Positions 48,859 through 58,455 of a stretch of DNA of 64,000 nt are shown here, in pieces. The DNA is from Candidatus Nealsonbacteria bacterium DGGOD1a (GTDB taxonomy: Bacteria; Patescibacteriota; Minisyncoccia; Minisyncoccales; UBA5738): positions 1,025,509-1,089,508 of the forward strand of contig CP092821.1 of NCBI GenBank assembly GCA_022530585.1, given 5' to 3'. Position numbers and translations under genes: made by a program. Below the pieces are notes generated by a model. It saw nothing but the letters and a program-made list of their open reading frames with translations, did not search any database and was not told the DNA's origin. How positions within the stretch are numbered: position 1 is the first letter of the stretch; every line of letters begins with the position of its first letter.

Positions 48859-49815
48859 ATGCCGAAAGACAAACTAACAAAGCTTTTGGATATAAAATAT
48901 CCGATTATCCAAGGCGGCATGGCCGGAATTTCGGAATCAATGCTGGTGTCGGCAGTGTCTAATGCCGGGGGCTTGGGCGTTATTGGTTCGGGATTTGCGT
49001 CTCCGGAATGGCTGGCCGAAGAAATTAAAAAGACCAAGACGCTTACCGATAAACCGTTCGGGGTGAATTTATTGATGCAGAATCCCCAAGTTGGCGATTT
49101 GGTTAAAGTGGCTGTTGATGCGAAAGTTCCCGCAATTTTTACGGGTGGCGGGAATCCTTTACCGTTGATGTTCTGTTTAAAAAAAGCGGGAATAAAAATA
49201 ATTCCCGTAGTTCCTTCGGTGAGATTGGCGGTAAAAATGGAGCAGGCGGGAGCGGACGCGGTAGTAGTGGAAGGGCTGGAATCGGGCGGCCATATCGGAG
49301 AAAACACGACCATGTGTTTGGTGCCGCAGGCGGCCCACGCCGTAAAAAACGTTCCGGTTATCGCCGCAGGAGGAATTTGCGACCACAAAACATTCATTGC
49401 CGCTTTGGTTTTGGGGGCTGACGGCGTACAAATGGGGACGCGCTTTTTGGCCTCATGCGAATGCCGAATTCACGAAAATTACAAGAAAGCGGTTATAAAT
49501 GCCAGCGACGAAGATATTATTGTGGTTGCTCGTTCGACCAAACATCCATTACGGTTGATCAAAAACAAATTCGCTGACCGGATTGATAAAATTGAAAGCG
49601 AGAAAATCGATTTGAAAACAGATCGTTTTTCGGGCGCGATGGTTATAAATGGCAATACCGATATGTCGCCGCTGTTATGCGGTATTTGTGCGGGCAGTAT
49701 CCGCCAAATTAAAACTTGCGACGAAATTATCAAAGAAATAGTCGGCGAATCGAATCGGAATCCTAAATTTGTTGATGAATTTATTATGGATTGCCAAAAA
49801 GCTGTTAGCAATTAA
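48859..49815 (+). CDS. fabK: FabK-like enoyl reductase, close paralogue of 31327-32268
   Basis: Long shared segment RLAVKMEQAGADAVVVEGLESGGHIGE. Confidence 0.85.
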   Translation: MPKDKLTKLLDIKYPIIQGGMAGISESMLVSAVSNAGGLGVIGSGFASPEWLAEEIKKTKTLTDKPFGVNLLMQNPQVGDLVKVAVDAKVPAIFTGGGNPLPLMFCLKKAGIKIIPVVPSVRLAVKMEQAGADAVVVEGLESGGHIGENTTMCLVPQAAHAVKNVPVIAAGGICDHKTFIAALVLGADGVQMGTRFLASCECRIHENYKKAVINASDEDIIVVARSTKHPLRLIKNKFADRIDKIESEKIDLKTDRFSGAMVINGNTDMSPLLCGICAGSIRQIKTCDEIIKEIVGESNRNPKFVDEFIMDCQKAVSN

Positions 49816-49826
49816 ACATCAAAACT

Positions 49827-50480
49827 ATGGATACACTTGTTTCGATTGCTTCAAGAACGGTTCTTGCCTTTCCGATAAAGAGATTGCTTATCAAGAAAAT
49901 AACCGGCCTAGAAAACATTCCCGAAAAAGGTAACTTTATTCTGGTATCAAATCATTTAAGCCATGTTGATTCTCTCATGTGCGGTTATTTGATGACACCG
50001 CGCAAATTTACTTTCTTAAGCCAAACCGATCAATATTCCGGGTTGAAAAAAGTTTTGCGAAATACCGTCTATTGTTGGGGCGGTGTGATTCCATTTAACC
50101 GCAAAGATTCTTTATCCAAGAAACAGGCAATTGCGACCGGAATAACAAAATTGCGCGAAGGTTATCGTCTTGTAATTTATCCCGAAGGCGGTAGATCGTA
50201 CGATGGGATAATGCGCGAATTCAAACCCGGCGTAGCCGTAATACACTTGGAAAGCGGTGCGCCGGTGCTTCCGATTGCGCTCAAAGGAACACGCGAAATA
50301 CTGCCGCCTCACGGCAGATTTAAAATAACGAAATCGGCGGAAATCACTATCGGGAGAATATTGGATTTTTCAAAGGAAAGGAAACAAGCAGTGAAATTGG
50401 ATAAAAAATCAGAAGAATATCGCAAAATTTGCGATAATATCGCCAAAAAAATAGAAAATGAAGTTCGGGGTTTATTGTAA
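49827..50480 (+). CDS. plsC: PlsC-like acyltransferase, close paralogue of 29933-30598
   Basis: NHLSHVD, YPEGGRSYDG, PPHGR. Confidence 0.88.
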   Translation: MDTLVSIASRTVLAFPIKRLLIKKITGLENIPEKGNFILVSNHLSHVDSLMCGYLMTPRKFTFLSQTDQYSGLKKVLRNTVYCWGGVIPFNRKDSLSKKQAIATGITKLREGYRLVIYPEGGRSYDGIMREFKPGVAVIHLESGAPVLPIALKGTREILPPHGRFKITKSAEITIGRILDFSKERKQAVKLDKKSEEYRKICDNIAKKIENEVRGLL

Positions 50481-50547
50481 TTTTTTAAGTAACGATATTA
50501 AAAAATCTCGAAAGTGCGGAATTTTACAATAAGAAAAATTTTTCAAA

Positions 50548-51399
50548 GTGGCAAAGCGAGTATTCAAAAAATTCGAGAGAAGCCAAACCCCGCCGAAATT
50601 CCGAATCGGCGCGGTAGATATGCAGATACTAAACGACCTGACCTCTTACCGGTTCTTGGACACAAAACAGATTCTAACGCTCCATCCCGACTATTCGTCG
50701 CGGACGGTGCGCTCAAGGCTGCAGCTTCTTTTCCATGCCGGATATGTGGATCGGCCCCGCGGCCAGTTTTCGTATTACGAACACCCGCATTTGATTTATT
50801 CTCTGGCCAAAAAAGGGGCCGCGCTGGTTTCTCAAAATAAGGGACTGCCGATTATGACCGACAGGCCCCATGAAATGGGAGTGTCTTTTATGCGCCATTC
50901 CCTGATGATTTCCAATTTTCAAGCGGCTCTGCGCCTTGCGCTCAAGAAAGCCGAAGGCTTCAAGCTGGCGGTATGGCGCGATCTGGGCGCGATTGACGCG
51001 GTGCAATGCGAAGGCCAAAGGCTGCCGATTGCGCCGGACGCATTTTTTACAATCGAATCCGACGACTATTTCCTGCATTTCTTTTTCGAGGCCGACCGCT
51101 CGACAATGGCCGCCGACAGAATGCTCAACAAATTCAAAGGATACTGGAACTGGAAGCTGGAGGGCGGGCACAAGCGGAAATTGGATATTCCCAATTTCCG
51201 CGTCCTGACGGTCTGCCTTTCCGAAGAGCGGGCGGAACGCTTGCGGCTTATCGCCGCGAAAGCGAACGGGCGGGAAACCGGAAGCGATACATTCTGGTTT
51301 GCCTGCGAAAAGTTGTACGGCTTGGAAAATCCCGACAGCATTTTGACGCCAATTTGGAGATCGGCGAAGGGCGGCAGTCCGCGCCACTTGCTCGAATAA
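50548..51399 (+). CDS. Replication-relaxation (Replic_Relax) family protein
   Basis: N-terminal wHTH (YRFLDTKQI...RLQLL), RH, APDAFF, FFEADRST. Confidence 0.75.
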   Translation: MAKRVFKKFERSQTPPKFRIGAVDMQILNDLTSYRFLDTKQILTLHPDYSSRTVRSRLQLLFHAGYVDRPRGQFSYYEHPHLIYSLAKKGAALVSQNKGLPIMTDRPHEMGVSFMRHSLMISNFQAALRLALKKAEGFKLAVWRDLGAIDAVQCEGQRLPIAPDAFFTIESDDYFLHFFFEADRSTMAADRMLNKFKGYWNWKLEGGHKRKLDIPNFRVLTVCLSEERAERLRLIAAKANGRETGSDTFWFACEKLYGLENPDSILTPIWRSAKGGSPRHLLE

Positions 51400-51434
51400 A
51401 GGCCGATGGCGTTTTTTTATGTAAAACAAAAAAA

Positions 51435-52001
51435 ATGGCGAAAGTAAAAGAAAGCGAAATCGTCGAAGAGTGGAGCGTTTTGATCGAAGGCGCGCAAGGC
51501 CATCAGCAGGAATTTTACCAGCTCATTGAAAACCGATTGGACGAGCTGCAGCCGCCCGCGCTTTCGGTTGCGCAAGAAAAAGTCTACCCTTCGCTAATAA
51601 GAAGAATGAAAGGCGACGGCAAGCTGTTCTTGATCATCAAGAGCAAGTATTTCGACGGCTATGTCGTTAATGTTTGCGCCCAAGAGTACGGCAAGCAATT
51701 GCTCATCGCTTGGTATCTTACCCAGCGCGTCAGCAAGTTTATGCAGTTTATGGCCGCCATGCCGGGCTTTGTCGTCGTCGCGATCTACCCGGTATATCTT
51801 TTGATACAGCTTTACGACAAGATCACGAACCGCCGCGTTACGCTGGAAAATATGGACTTGTTCGACCGGCAGGAATTGAGCGCGTTCGCCGGAACCGTCC
51901 ATCATTGCGTATTGTTCGGATCGGAGAACGTCGCCGATGCCGTGAATTTCGATTTCTCAAAGGTTGACCGCAAAACAAGGGGTTTCCTGAACCTCGCATA
52001 A
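51435..52001 (+). CDS. Hypothetical membrane protein
   Basis: MAKVKESEIVEEWSVLIEGAQG...; one TM helix; lies between the relaxase and the ATPase. Confidence 0.65.
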   Translation: MAKVKESEIVEEWSVLIEGAQGHQQEFYQLIENRLDELQPPALSVAQEKVYPSLIRRMKGDGKLFLIIKSKYFDGYVVNVCAQEYGKQLLIAWYLTQRVSKFMQFMAAMPGFVVVAIYPVYLLIQLYDKITNRRVTLENMDLFDRQELSAFAGTVHHCVLFGSENVADAVNFDFSKVDRKTRGFLNLA

Positions 52002-52005
52002 CGCA

Positions 52006-53547
52006 ATGTCCGAAGAACGGAACCGCCGGGCCTTGGCCCCTCTCAAGGCGTTTTTTAAAACTATGCTTGGAAAAAACGACAAGCCGCTTGAATCGGAAAC
52101 GAAAGCGGCGTATTTGGAATATCCGCTTTGGCGGTTTCCGATTGAGAGGGGCCGGATGGGCTTGGGCTGGGTTGACGGCGCGCTGAATCCGGCGACCGGC
52201 CTTGTGGGCAACATCAAGGGAATCGATACGAAATACCGGAGCACCCATTTTTACGCCGTGGGCGCGTCCGGTTCGGGCAAGTCGAAATTCCTTGAATCGC
52301 TTATCATTCAAGACATCCTCCAAGGCGAGGGCTTCGGCGTTATCGATCCGCACGGCGATCTGATCGAGGACATAAAAGGCTGGCTGTATTTTTGGACGCA
52401 AAGGGATTTTAAAAAGGAGATTGTTTTGATCGACCCGACGGATTCGGAGAATACGGCCAGCTTCAATCCGCTGGAAAGGGTGGACGGCATTCCGCCGGAA
52501 CGCTTGGCCGGACAATTGGTGGAAGCGTTCAAAAAGATATGGGCGGACGCTTGGGGCGAAAGGATGGCCGACATTATGCGCAACTCCTTGATCGCTTTGG
52601 CGGAAAACAATTTGACGCTTTTGGAATTGCCCCTGCTTTTGACGGAGCCGGAGGCCCGCAAAAAGATTTTGCAGAACGTCAAAAGCGTTTCCTGCCGCCA
52701 GCGTTTCAAATACTTTGAATCGCTGTCGGCCCATACTTGGCGCGAATGGCTGGAATCGACGCTTAACAAGGTGGACGCGTTCCTTTCCGATCCGGCGATC
52801 CGCCAGATATTCGCTTCTCCTAAAAGCTCTTTCAATCTGCGCGACATAATGGATAACAAAAAAATCCTGCTGGTGAATTTGAACAAAGGCAGATTGGGCG
52901 ACAGCGCGAATCTGCTGGGGGCTTTGCTGGTAAGCAAAATCAAGATGGCGGCGTTTTCAAGAACCGACATCCCGCAAACCGACCGCCAGCCGTTCTACCT
53001 CTACATCGACGAGTTCCAAAACTTCGCGACCAACAGCTTTATCGAGATATTGAGCGAAGCCAGAAAATACAAGCTTTCCCTCATACTGGCCCACCAGAAC
53101 CTAAGCCAGCTTTCCGACGATCTGCGGGATTCCATCCTTGCCAACTGCGGGATACAAGCCTGTTTTAGGGTGAACCGCCCGGACGCGCAGCTGCTGGCCC
53201 GCGAATTGATGGGGCCGATCTACCGCCACGTTCCGGGTTGGGAGTTGAACATCCAGTTTTTGCAGGAAGTCCCGCCCCGCTGCTGCTATGTCGCCAACAA
53301 GCCGGAAAACGGCATTGTCGGCATCCGCACTCTGCCCGTGCCTTCCCCGTGGGAATTTATGAGCTATGCCGACAACCAATGGGACGAAGAAACCTTCAAT
53401 TCCCTTATACGGGAAATCGGGATCGGCGCGGGCTACACCCGGAGCAGGGAGGAAATCGAGCGGGAGTGCATTGAACGCGCCAGCGGCTTGATGGCCGGGG
53501 AAGAAGAGGAGGACTTTAAGCACCATAAGAGCGACGCCGAAGCGTAA
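52006..53547 (+). CDS. Type IV coupling protein / TraD-HerA-like ATPase
   Basis: GASGSGKS, IDPHGD, FNPL, YIDEFQNF, EARKY..LILAHQ. Confidence 0.85.
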   Translation: MSEERNRRALAPLKAFFKTMLGKNDKPLESETKAAYLEYPLWRFPIERGRMGLGWVDGALNPATGLVGNIKGIDTKYRSTHFYAVGASGSGKSKFLESLIIQDILQGEGFGVIDPHGDLIEDIKGWLYFWTQRDFKKEIVLIDPTDSENTASFNPLERVDGIPPERLAGQLVEAFKKIWADAWGERMADIMRNSLIALAENNLTLLELPLLLTEPEARKKILQNVKSVSCRQRFKYFESLSAHTWREWLESTLNKVDAFLSDPAIRQIFASPKSSFNLRDIMDNKKILLVNLNKGRLGDSANLLGALLVSKIKMAAFSRTDIPQTDRQPFYLYIDEFQNFATNSFIEILSEARKYKLSLILAHQNLSQLSDDLRDSILANCGIQACFRVNRPDAQLLARELMGPIYRHVPGWELNIQFLQEVPPRCCYVANKPENGIVGIRTLPVPSPWEFMSYADNQWDEETFNSLIREIGIGAGYTRSREEIERECIERASGLMAGEEEEDFKHHKSDAEA

Positions 53548-53554
53548 CCGGCGA

Positions 53555-54165
53555 AAGGAGGCCGCCCGGCCTTGCGTTCTTTGACGGCAGGAAAAGTGCG
53601 TTTTAAAAGTCCCGCCCCAAAGCGGGATTTTTAAAAGCCGGGCGGCCTCCTTGAGCACCCGAGCCGGAAATTTTCGGAAAGGCTTTTGCGGCTGAGCAAA
53701 AGGCTTTCGGGAAAAGCGGAGGAGCAAAAAGACATAGAAACCGGAGGAAAAAATATCAAAGTCCGCTGATAAGCGGTATTTGATATATGGCGAAGCCGGT
53801 TTTGCCGGAGGTTTCGTTAAGTGGCTTTTTGCGGGGGAGCGGTTTCCGGCGGCCCCTGCCTGCTTGCTTTCCGAATTGGGCAGAGAGTTTGGCATTGCGA
53901 GGGCAGCCGCGGAAAGGCTCAAAGCTTGGAACAGCCGCAAACCAGAGGTGCTGTTTCCCTGAAAGCCCGGAGCGGGCGGCGCACCGCCCGCGCAGGGGAA
54001 ACAGCACCGGAACAAAGGCGCAGGCCTTGGATTAGGCACTGGCTTGGCTCGAATCGGGGCTTAAAAACTCTGCATTTACTCTGCAACTCCTTGGTTAAAA
54101 AGTCTGCATTCTAGATTGCAGACTTATTGCAGAGTAAATGCAGAGTTTTTCTCTGGCCAACGCAC
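53555..54165. other. Hairpin-rich non-coding region, candidate oriT/origin
   Basis: 16-bp inverted repeat 53555-53570/53637-53652; perfect 24-bp inverted repeat 54063-54086/54127-54150. Confidence 0.45.
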
Positions 54166-54628
54166 ACCTTTTACCCCCACCTTGCGGCTAAAATGCGTTG
54201 GCCAAGCCCCGATTCGGGCCCGGCTGCCCCTTTGCGAGCGCAGACCCGGAAAACAGCAGTTTGGAGGGGCAAGCGAAGCTTAGTCGGGGGCATAACCCGC
54301 CCCCTCACCCTGTCCAAAGTCAACAATTTTTGCTAAAGTAAGTTCGAGCTGAATCATAAAGATTCACAAATTTTGCGAACAAAATTTGCAGTAATTAGTA
54401 ATTTGTACTTAGTAATTAGAAGAACACAAAATACCCGGGTTACCAAAAGCAAAATTTCCCAAATTACCAATTACCCACACAAATTACAAATTCCGCGCCC
54501 TCCGGCGCGGTTTTTTAGTACATAACCGCGATATTATTCGTCACCCATAGCGCCTTCATATCTTCCACTTATCTAAACGAAAAAGAACTCAAAAAAATAA
54601 GAGTCCCTGGAGCGCTCGGCAATCCCAT

Positions 54629-55345
54629 CTATGCGGGCATTTGTATAAGGCTGCGACCGTCTACCGCCAGCGACCCTGATTTGCACAAATCGCAATTATC
54701 AGCAGGATATTTTGGCACCTTAACGGTCGCTGTTGCAACCACAGAATATGGCCTTGAATCTTTATATGTTGCAGAATAATAACCTCTCCGTACTATCGGC
54801 GGTATATCTTCTGGCCTCAGAAACAATGTACCTATGAGTGGTCGACCATCCAATGTCAGTATTTTCCCTGGATATACCTGCTGCACATTGTCTGCAGTTG
54901 CCAATGTGGTCATAAGTTCTTCGACATTGATTCCTGTTTGCTCCTTAACCCAGAAACCATTCTTTTTCCACATTTGGCGCCCTTTTGAGTCTTTCTCCGT
55001 GAAAACATCCTCTGCGTCGATAATTCGCGCAACGCTTTCCAGAAGCTGTATTGAAGAACTCGAAGATCCAAAGACATACTTAACTGCGCCCAAATCTGCC
55101 CCGACGGCATCAAGACTTCTTACCAAATTTGATGCCGCTGCGTCTCGTCTCTTGTAATACTGCAGATATGGTCTGCTGTTGACAAAGAGACCGCTATGGT
55201 TCGGGATTACCTGATCGGCTTTCAACGACAGGATTCCATGCCGATTATCCGTCACGCCATACTGATGTACCACGCCAAAATGCAACAAATCTTGATAATA
55301 ACCGAAGGGGTCGTCAATGACCACTATACCATCATTCCTTTTCAT
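54629..55345 (-). CDS. Divergent orotate phosphoribosyltransferase-like protein
   Basis: HSGLFVN, VFTEKD, PRPP-loop-like NVEELMTT, C-terminal CDLC; adjacent to a pyrF-like gene. Confidence 0.55.
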   Translation of the reverse strand: MKRNDGIVVIDDPFGYYQDLLHFGVVHQYGVTDNRHGILSLKADQVIPNHSGLFVNSRPYLQYYKRRDAAASNLVRSLDAVGADLGAVKYVFGSSSSSIQLLESVARIIDAEDVFTEKDSKGRQMWKKNGFWVKEQTGINVEELMTTLATADNVQQVYPGKILTLDGRPLIGTLFLRPEDIPPIVRRGYYSATYKDSRPYSVVATATVKVPKYPADNCDLCKSGSLAVDGRSLIQMPA

Positions 55346-55530
55346 AGATATTCTCCTTTTAAAGTGCATTCTCTATCCAATACCAACCTCATTGCGAGGC
55401 AACCGCGCTTTTCTGTATTTACAAATAACCACCCACGCACAAATATTTTGTAAACTATAACAAATTGCTTTCAAAAATAAAAGACGGAAGGCCAAACGCG
55501 CCAACCGCCACTCAACGACAATCTGTTATT

Positions 55531-56292
55531 TCATGCCAGCTGCCTGGCAAGGTCTTCAATAACCAATGCCATCTCCTCAACAGTATTCTTTGACATTATT
55601 GCATCGCCCACTATCGCATGCCAATTCGGACCAGCCACCTCGTTTGCTTTCTGGACGCTACCACCCTGTTTGATTAGCCCTGGAGACATAAGCATGGAAT
55701 TATCAACACCAAGAACTTCATCAAATATGGCGCGATACAATTTCATCTGTTCCAGCTTATTACCAGGAACCACGAAATGATCAACACCTTTTTCGGCAGC
55801 AATGCGGAACATCTTCGGAGGCACATGGTCAGGAATGAAACCTCCCTGACTAACCAAGAAATCGGGTATGGTCATTTCTGCTCCGAAAATAATATCAAAA
55901 CCAAGTTCCCGGCACATATCAATCGTCGTTCTGATGGTTGATGGACCAACCCAAGGGAACATTATTATCGCATCAAATCCCGCACGCGATCCAACGCTTG
56001 CAATTTTTCTTAGCACCCTATCGACATCATTGCCGAATTTTTGAAGATCCAAGATTCTGATTATCTCGCTATCCAGATTGTTCAAAACACGAGTTACTAT
56101 CGACGCACTATTCTCCAGCACAGGTGTTGCGCCAATCTTCACTGCCGTTACTTGATCAAAATGTTTATCCTTGGCTGCATGTATCGCCAATATCAACATT
56201 TCAAGCAATCTCAGCGTTTCATCATCAAATCCCGGGATAAGACCTTTCTTGTTACCTAAAAAACTTTGCATACTTTCATCCCCTATTCCCAA
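55531..56292 (-). CDS. pyrF: Orotidine-5'-phosphate decarboxylase-like protein
   Basis: VKIG, DLQKFGND, VVPGNK, SPGLIKQGG, HAIVG. Confidence 0.65.
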   Translation of the reverse strand: MGIGDESMQSFLGNKKGLIPGFDDETLRLLEMLILAIHAAKDKHFDQVTAVKIGATPVLENSASIVTRVLNNLDSEIIRILDLQKFGNDVDRVLRKIASVGSRAGFDAIIMFPWVGPSTIRTTIDMCRELGFDIIFGAEMTIPDFLVSQGGFIPDHVPPKMFRIAAEKGVDHFVVPGNKLEQMKLYRAIFDEVLGVDNSMLMSPGLIKQGGSVQKANEVAGPNWHAIVGDAIMSKNTVEEMALVIEDLARQLA

Positions 56293-56404
56293 TATTTTTT
56301 CAAACAGCTATCCCAAGCTATACCCAAAAATAACCATCTTATCTTCGGCTATTTTAGACTAAGGTACATTAAACATTTAAAAAAGTAAACAAGGCAGGCA
56401 AGAG

Positions 56405-56987
56405 TTATTCTTGCCTGCGGGCGGTTTTGCGCCATTGGTACAATAGCAATGGCGCGATAACCGCGGCAGCGCCGGATACCAGCCAGACGTTCGCGATCGA
56501 ACCGTGCTGGAGCATCGCGCCGCTGATCAGGAAAGCCGTGATCGAGCCGGCTTGTTCGAAAAACGAGCTGGCCGAACCGATCGTGGCGCGCTGGGATTCT
56601 TTAGTGATCGCGGCCTGCAAATAGGCCTGGCGCGTCACCATGAACGCTCCCCGAGCGCCTTCGTGGACGATGTAGAACAATAGCGACACGGCAAACACCG
56701 GCACGGTTGCCGCGGCGACCATTGCCGCCCCGATCAGAAGATGGGAAACCACCAATTCTTTTTCCTGGCGCTGCGCGTCATTTTTGGCGAAGAATTTTTC
56801 GGCGATTTTTGCACCGGCAAAATTAACCGTGAAAAACGAAAAGCACAATATTCCCAGGATTTTCGGATCCGGCGCGATCGGCGCGTAAAACGGCTGCCAA
56901 TAAAGATTGGTGGTCGCGGTCGCGAAGCATAGAAGAAAACCCAGCGCGCAAACAAATTTCAATGTTGCGCTTTTGGCCACCAAAGTC
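56405..56987 (-). pseudogene. MFS transporter C-terminal half, truncated next to the IS200-like element
   Basis: About six TM helices; QRATIGS; the 5' half is not found upstream. Confidence 0.6.
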
Positions 56988-56989
56988 AG

Positions 56990-57635
56990 ATTACCGCCGC
57001 CATAGGCGGCGGCTTGATGAGCGGGACTCCCTCGAAGGGAGTTGTCCCGATATCAAGCCTTGGGTGTTAAATGTATTTTAATCGGTGCTACTTTGACATT
57101 GCAAATGGTCCTTCGTCTTCGTGGTCGCGCTGTTCATGGATATATTTTCTGATCTGTTCCAGTTCGAAGCCGATCGTCGATACCGCGCAGCCTTTGGCCC
57201 AAAAATGTTCTCCGGTAAAGTTTTTCTCTTTGCCGCACAGCCTTGCCACCGCAATGGCGCTTTTGCCTTTCAGATATCCGACAATCGAAGCGACCATGTG
57301 TTTGGGCGGGATGGAAATACACATATGCACATGGTCAGACATATTGCTACCTTCCAATATTTCACATTCCTTTTGTTTTGCGAGTTCGTGGAATATTTCT
57401 CCCAGCTGTTTTGCCAAAGATACGAACAATACTTTTCTTCTTCGTTTTGGAATAAATACGATATGGTATTTGCAATCCCATTTTGTGTGCGATAGACTCT
57501 GATACAAGGTTGACATGTTGTGTAATTCCCAAGGCTCGCTCACAAGCCGCCTTGTGGAATTATACACCATACCCCTTTTGTTCTCTGGGCAACGGTCAAA
57601 CCGGCGCAAGCCTCACCGCTGAAAGCGGTGGATTA
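56990..57635 (-). mobile_element. IS200-like element
   Basis: Subterminal hairpins CCGCCGCC-ata-GGCGGCGG (56994-57012) and CACCGCT-gaa-AGCGGTG (57614-57630) around tnpA; ends approximate. Confidence 0.8.
57088..57516 (-). CDS. tnpA: IS200/IS605 Y1 transposase
   Basis: CKYHIVFIPKRR, HUH motif DHVHM, LKGKS, RKYI. Confidence 0.93.
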   Translation of the reverse strand: MSTLYQSLSHTKWDCKYHIVFIPKRRRKVLFVSLAKQLGEIFHELAKQKECEILEGSNMSDHVHMCISIPPKHMVASIVGYLKGKSAIAVARLCGKEKNFTGEHFWAKGCAVSTIGFELEQIRKYIHEQRDHEDEGPFAMSK

Positions 57636-57751
57636 CGCAATGTTATTATTTAAAACGATGTAAATCTTGCGATAGCAAAAATTACATTGTTTCAGGTTAT
57701 TGACAATACCTATCTAAAATATATAATTTAGATAGATTATAAATAAAACCT

Positions 57752-58027
57752 ATGCAAACAATGTTGAGCATCAAAATTGAAAAATCGCTCAAAGACCAAG
57801 CTCGGAAAACCGCGCAAGATTTAGGCGTGTCTTTAAACGCGGTCATCAACCAGCACATAAAAGAATTCGTTAACACCCGCGAGATATTTTTTACTGAATA
57901 TGAAATGCCAAACGCAAAAACGCAAAAGATATTAAAAATGGTTGATAAAGATATTAAAAATGGCAAAAATATTGTCGGTCCTTTTAATTCTGCCGAAGAA
58001 TTTATAAAAAGTCTGGAAGAAAAATAA
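57752..58027 (+). CDS. RelB/DinJ-like antitoxin
   Basis: RHH-like N-terminus; PNAKT; directly upstream of the toxin. Confidence 0.8.
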   Translation: MQTMLSIKIEKSLKDQARKTAQDLGVSLNAVINQHIKEFVNTREIFFTEYEMPNAKTQKILKMVDKDIKNGKNIVGPFNSAEEFIKSLEEK

Positions 58028-58028
58028 T

Positions 58029-58292
58029 ATGCGGATAGCTTATCACAAAACATTCAAAAAAAGTTTTGAAAAATTATCCGCTGAATCACGGGAAAAATTC
58101 CGGCAAAATATCAAATTATTCACCATTGATCAATTTGACCGACGGCTAAACAACCATATTCTCAAAGGCGAATTCGCCAATTGCCGCAGTATTAATGTCG
58201 GCGGTGATTTGCGTGCGATTTACAAACGCATTGGCAACGAAGAATTGCTTTTTATAAAAATCGGCACCCACCACGACCTCTACGGAAAATAA
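58029..58292 (+). CDS. RelE/YafQ-family toxin
   Basis: LNNHILKG, SINVGGDLRAIY, IGTHHDLY. Confidence 0.88.
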   Translation: MRIAYHKTFKKSFEKLSAESREKFRQNIKLFTIDQFDRRLNNHILKGEFANCRSINVGGDLRAIYKRIGNEELLFIKIGTHHDLYGK

Positions 58293-58455
58293 TCGCTACC
58301 CCACTCTACCCCGTGCCCCACGTGATTTTTTATTACACGATTCTTGCATCTTGCAAATTAAAAATTTTGATATAATATCACCCCAAGCAAACGAATCAGT
58401 ATTTTTTGCGGCTCTTTTTAAAAAACCGCGCTGTTCGTTTAAAATTAGGAGGAGG

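Larger units (their letters stand above)
42220..54369. mobile_element. tRNA-integrated, putatively mobilisable element
   Basis: CACAA core at 42220-42224 and 54365-54369; recombinase at the left end, relaxase and coupling ATPase at the right; joining the two ends reproduces the internal attP copy at ~45550. Confidence 0.85.

Noticed and set aside
51006..51434. N-terminal extension of the 331-aa ORF
   Set aside because: It overlaps the relaxase gene out of frame; the likely start is the ATG at 51435.
53101..54039. 312-aa minus-strand ORF
   Set aside because: Low-complexity translation of a GC-rich hairpin region, partly antisense to the ATPase gene.
42220..54369. Prophage
   Set aside because: No capsid, terminase, portal or tail genes; the content fits an integrative mobilisable element.
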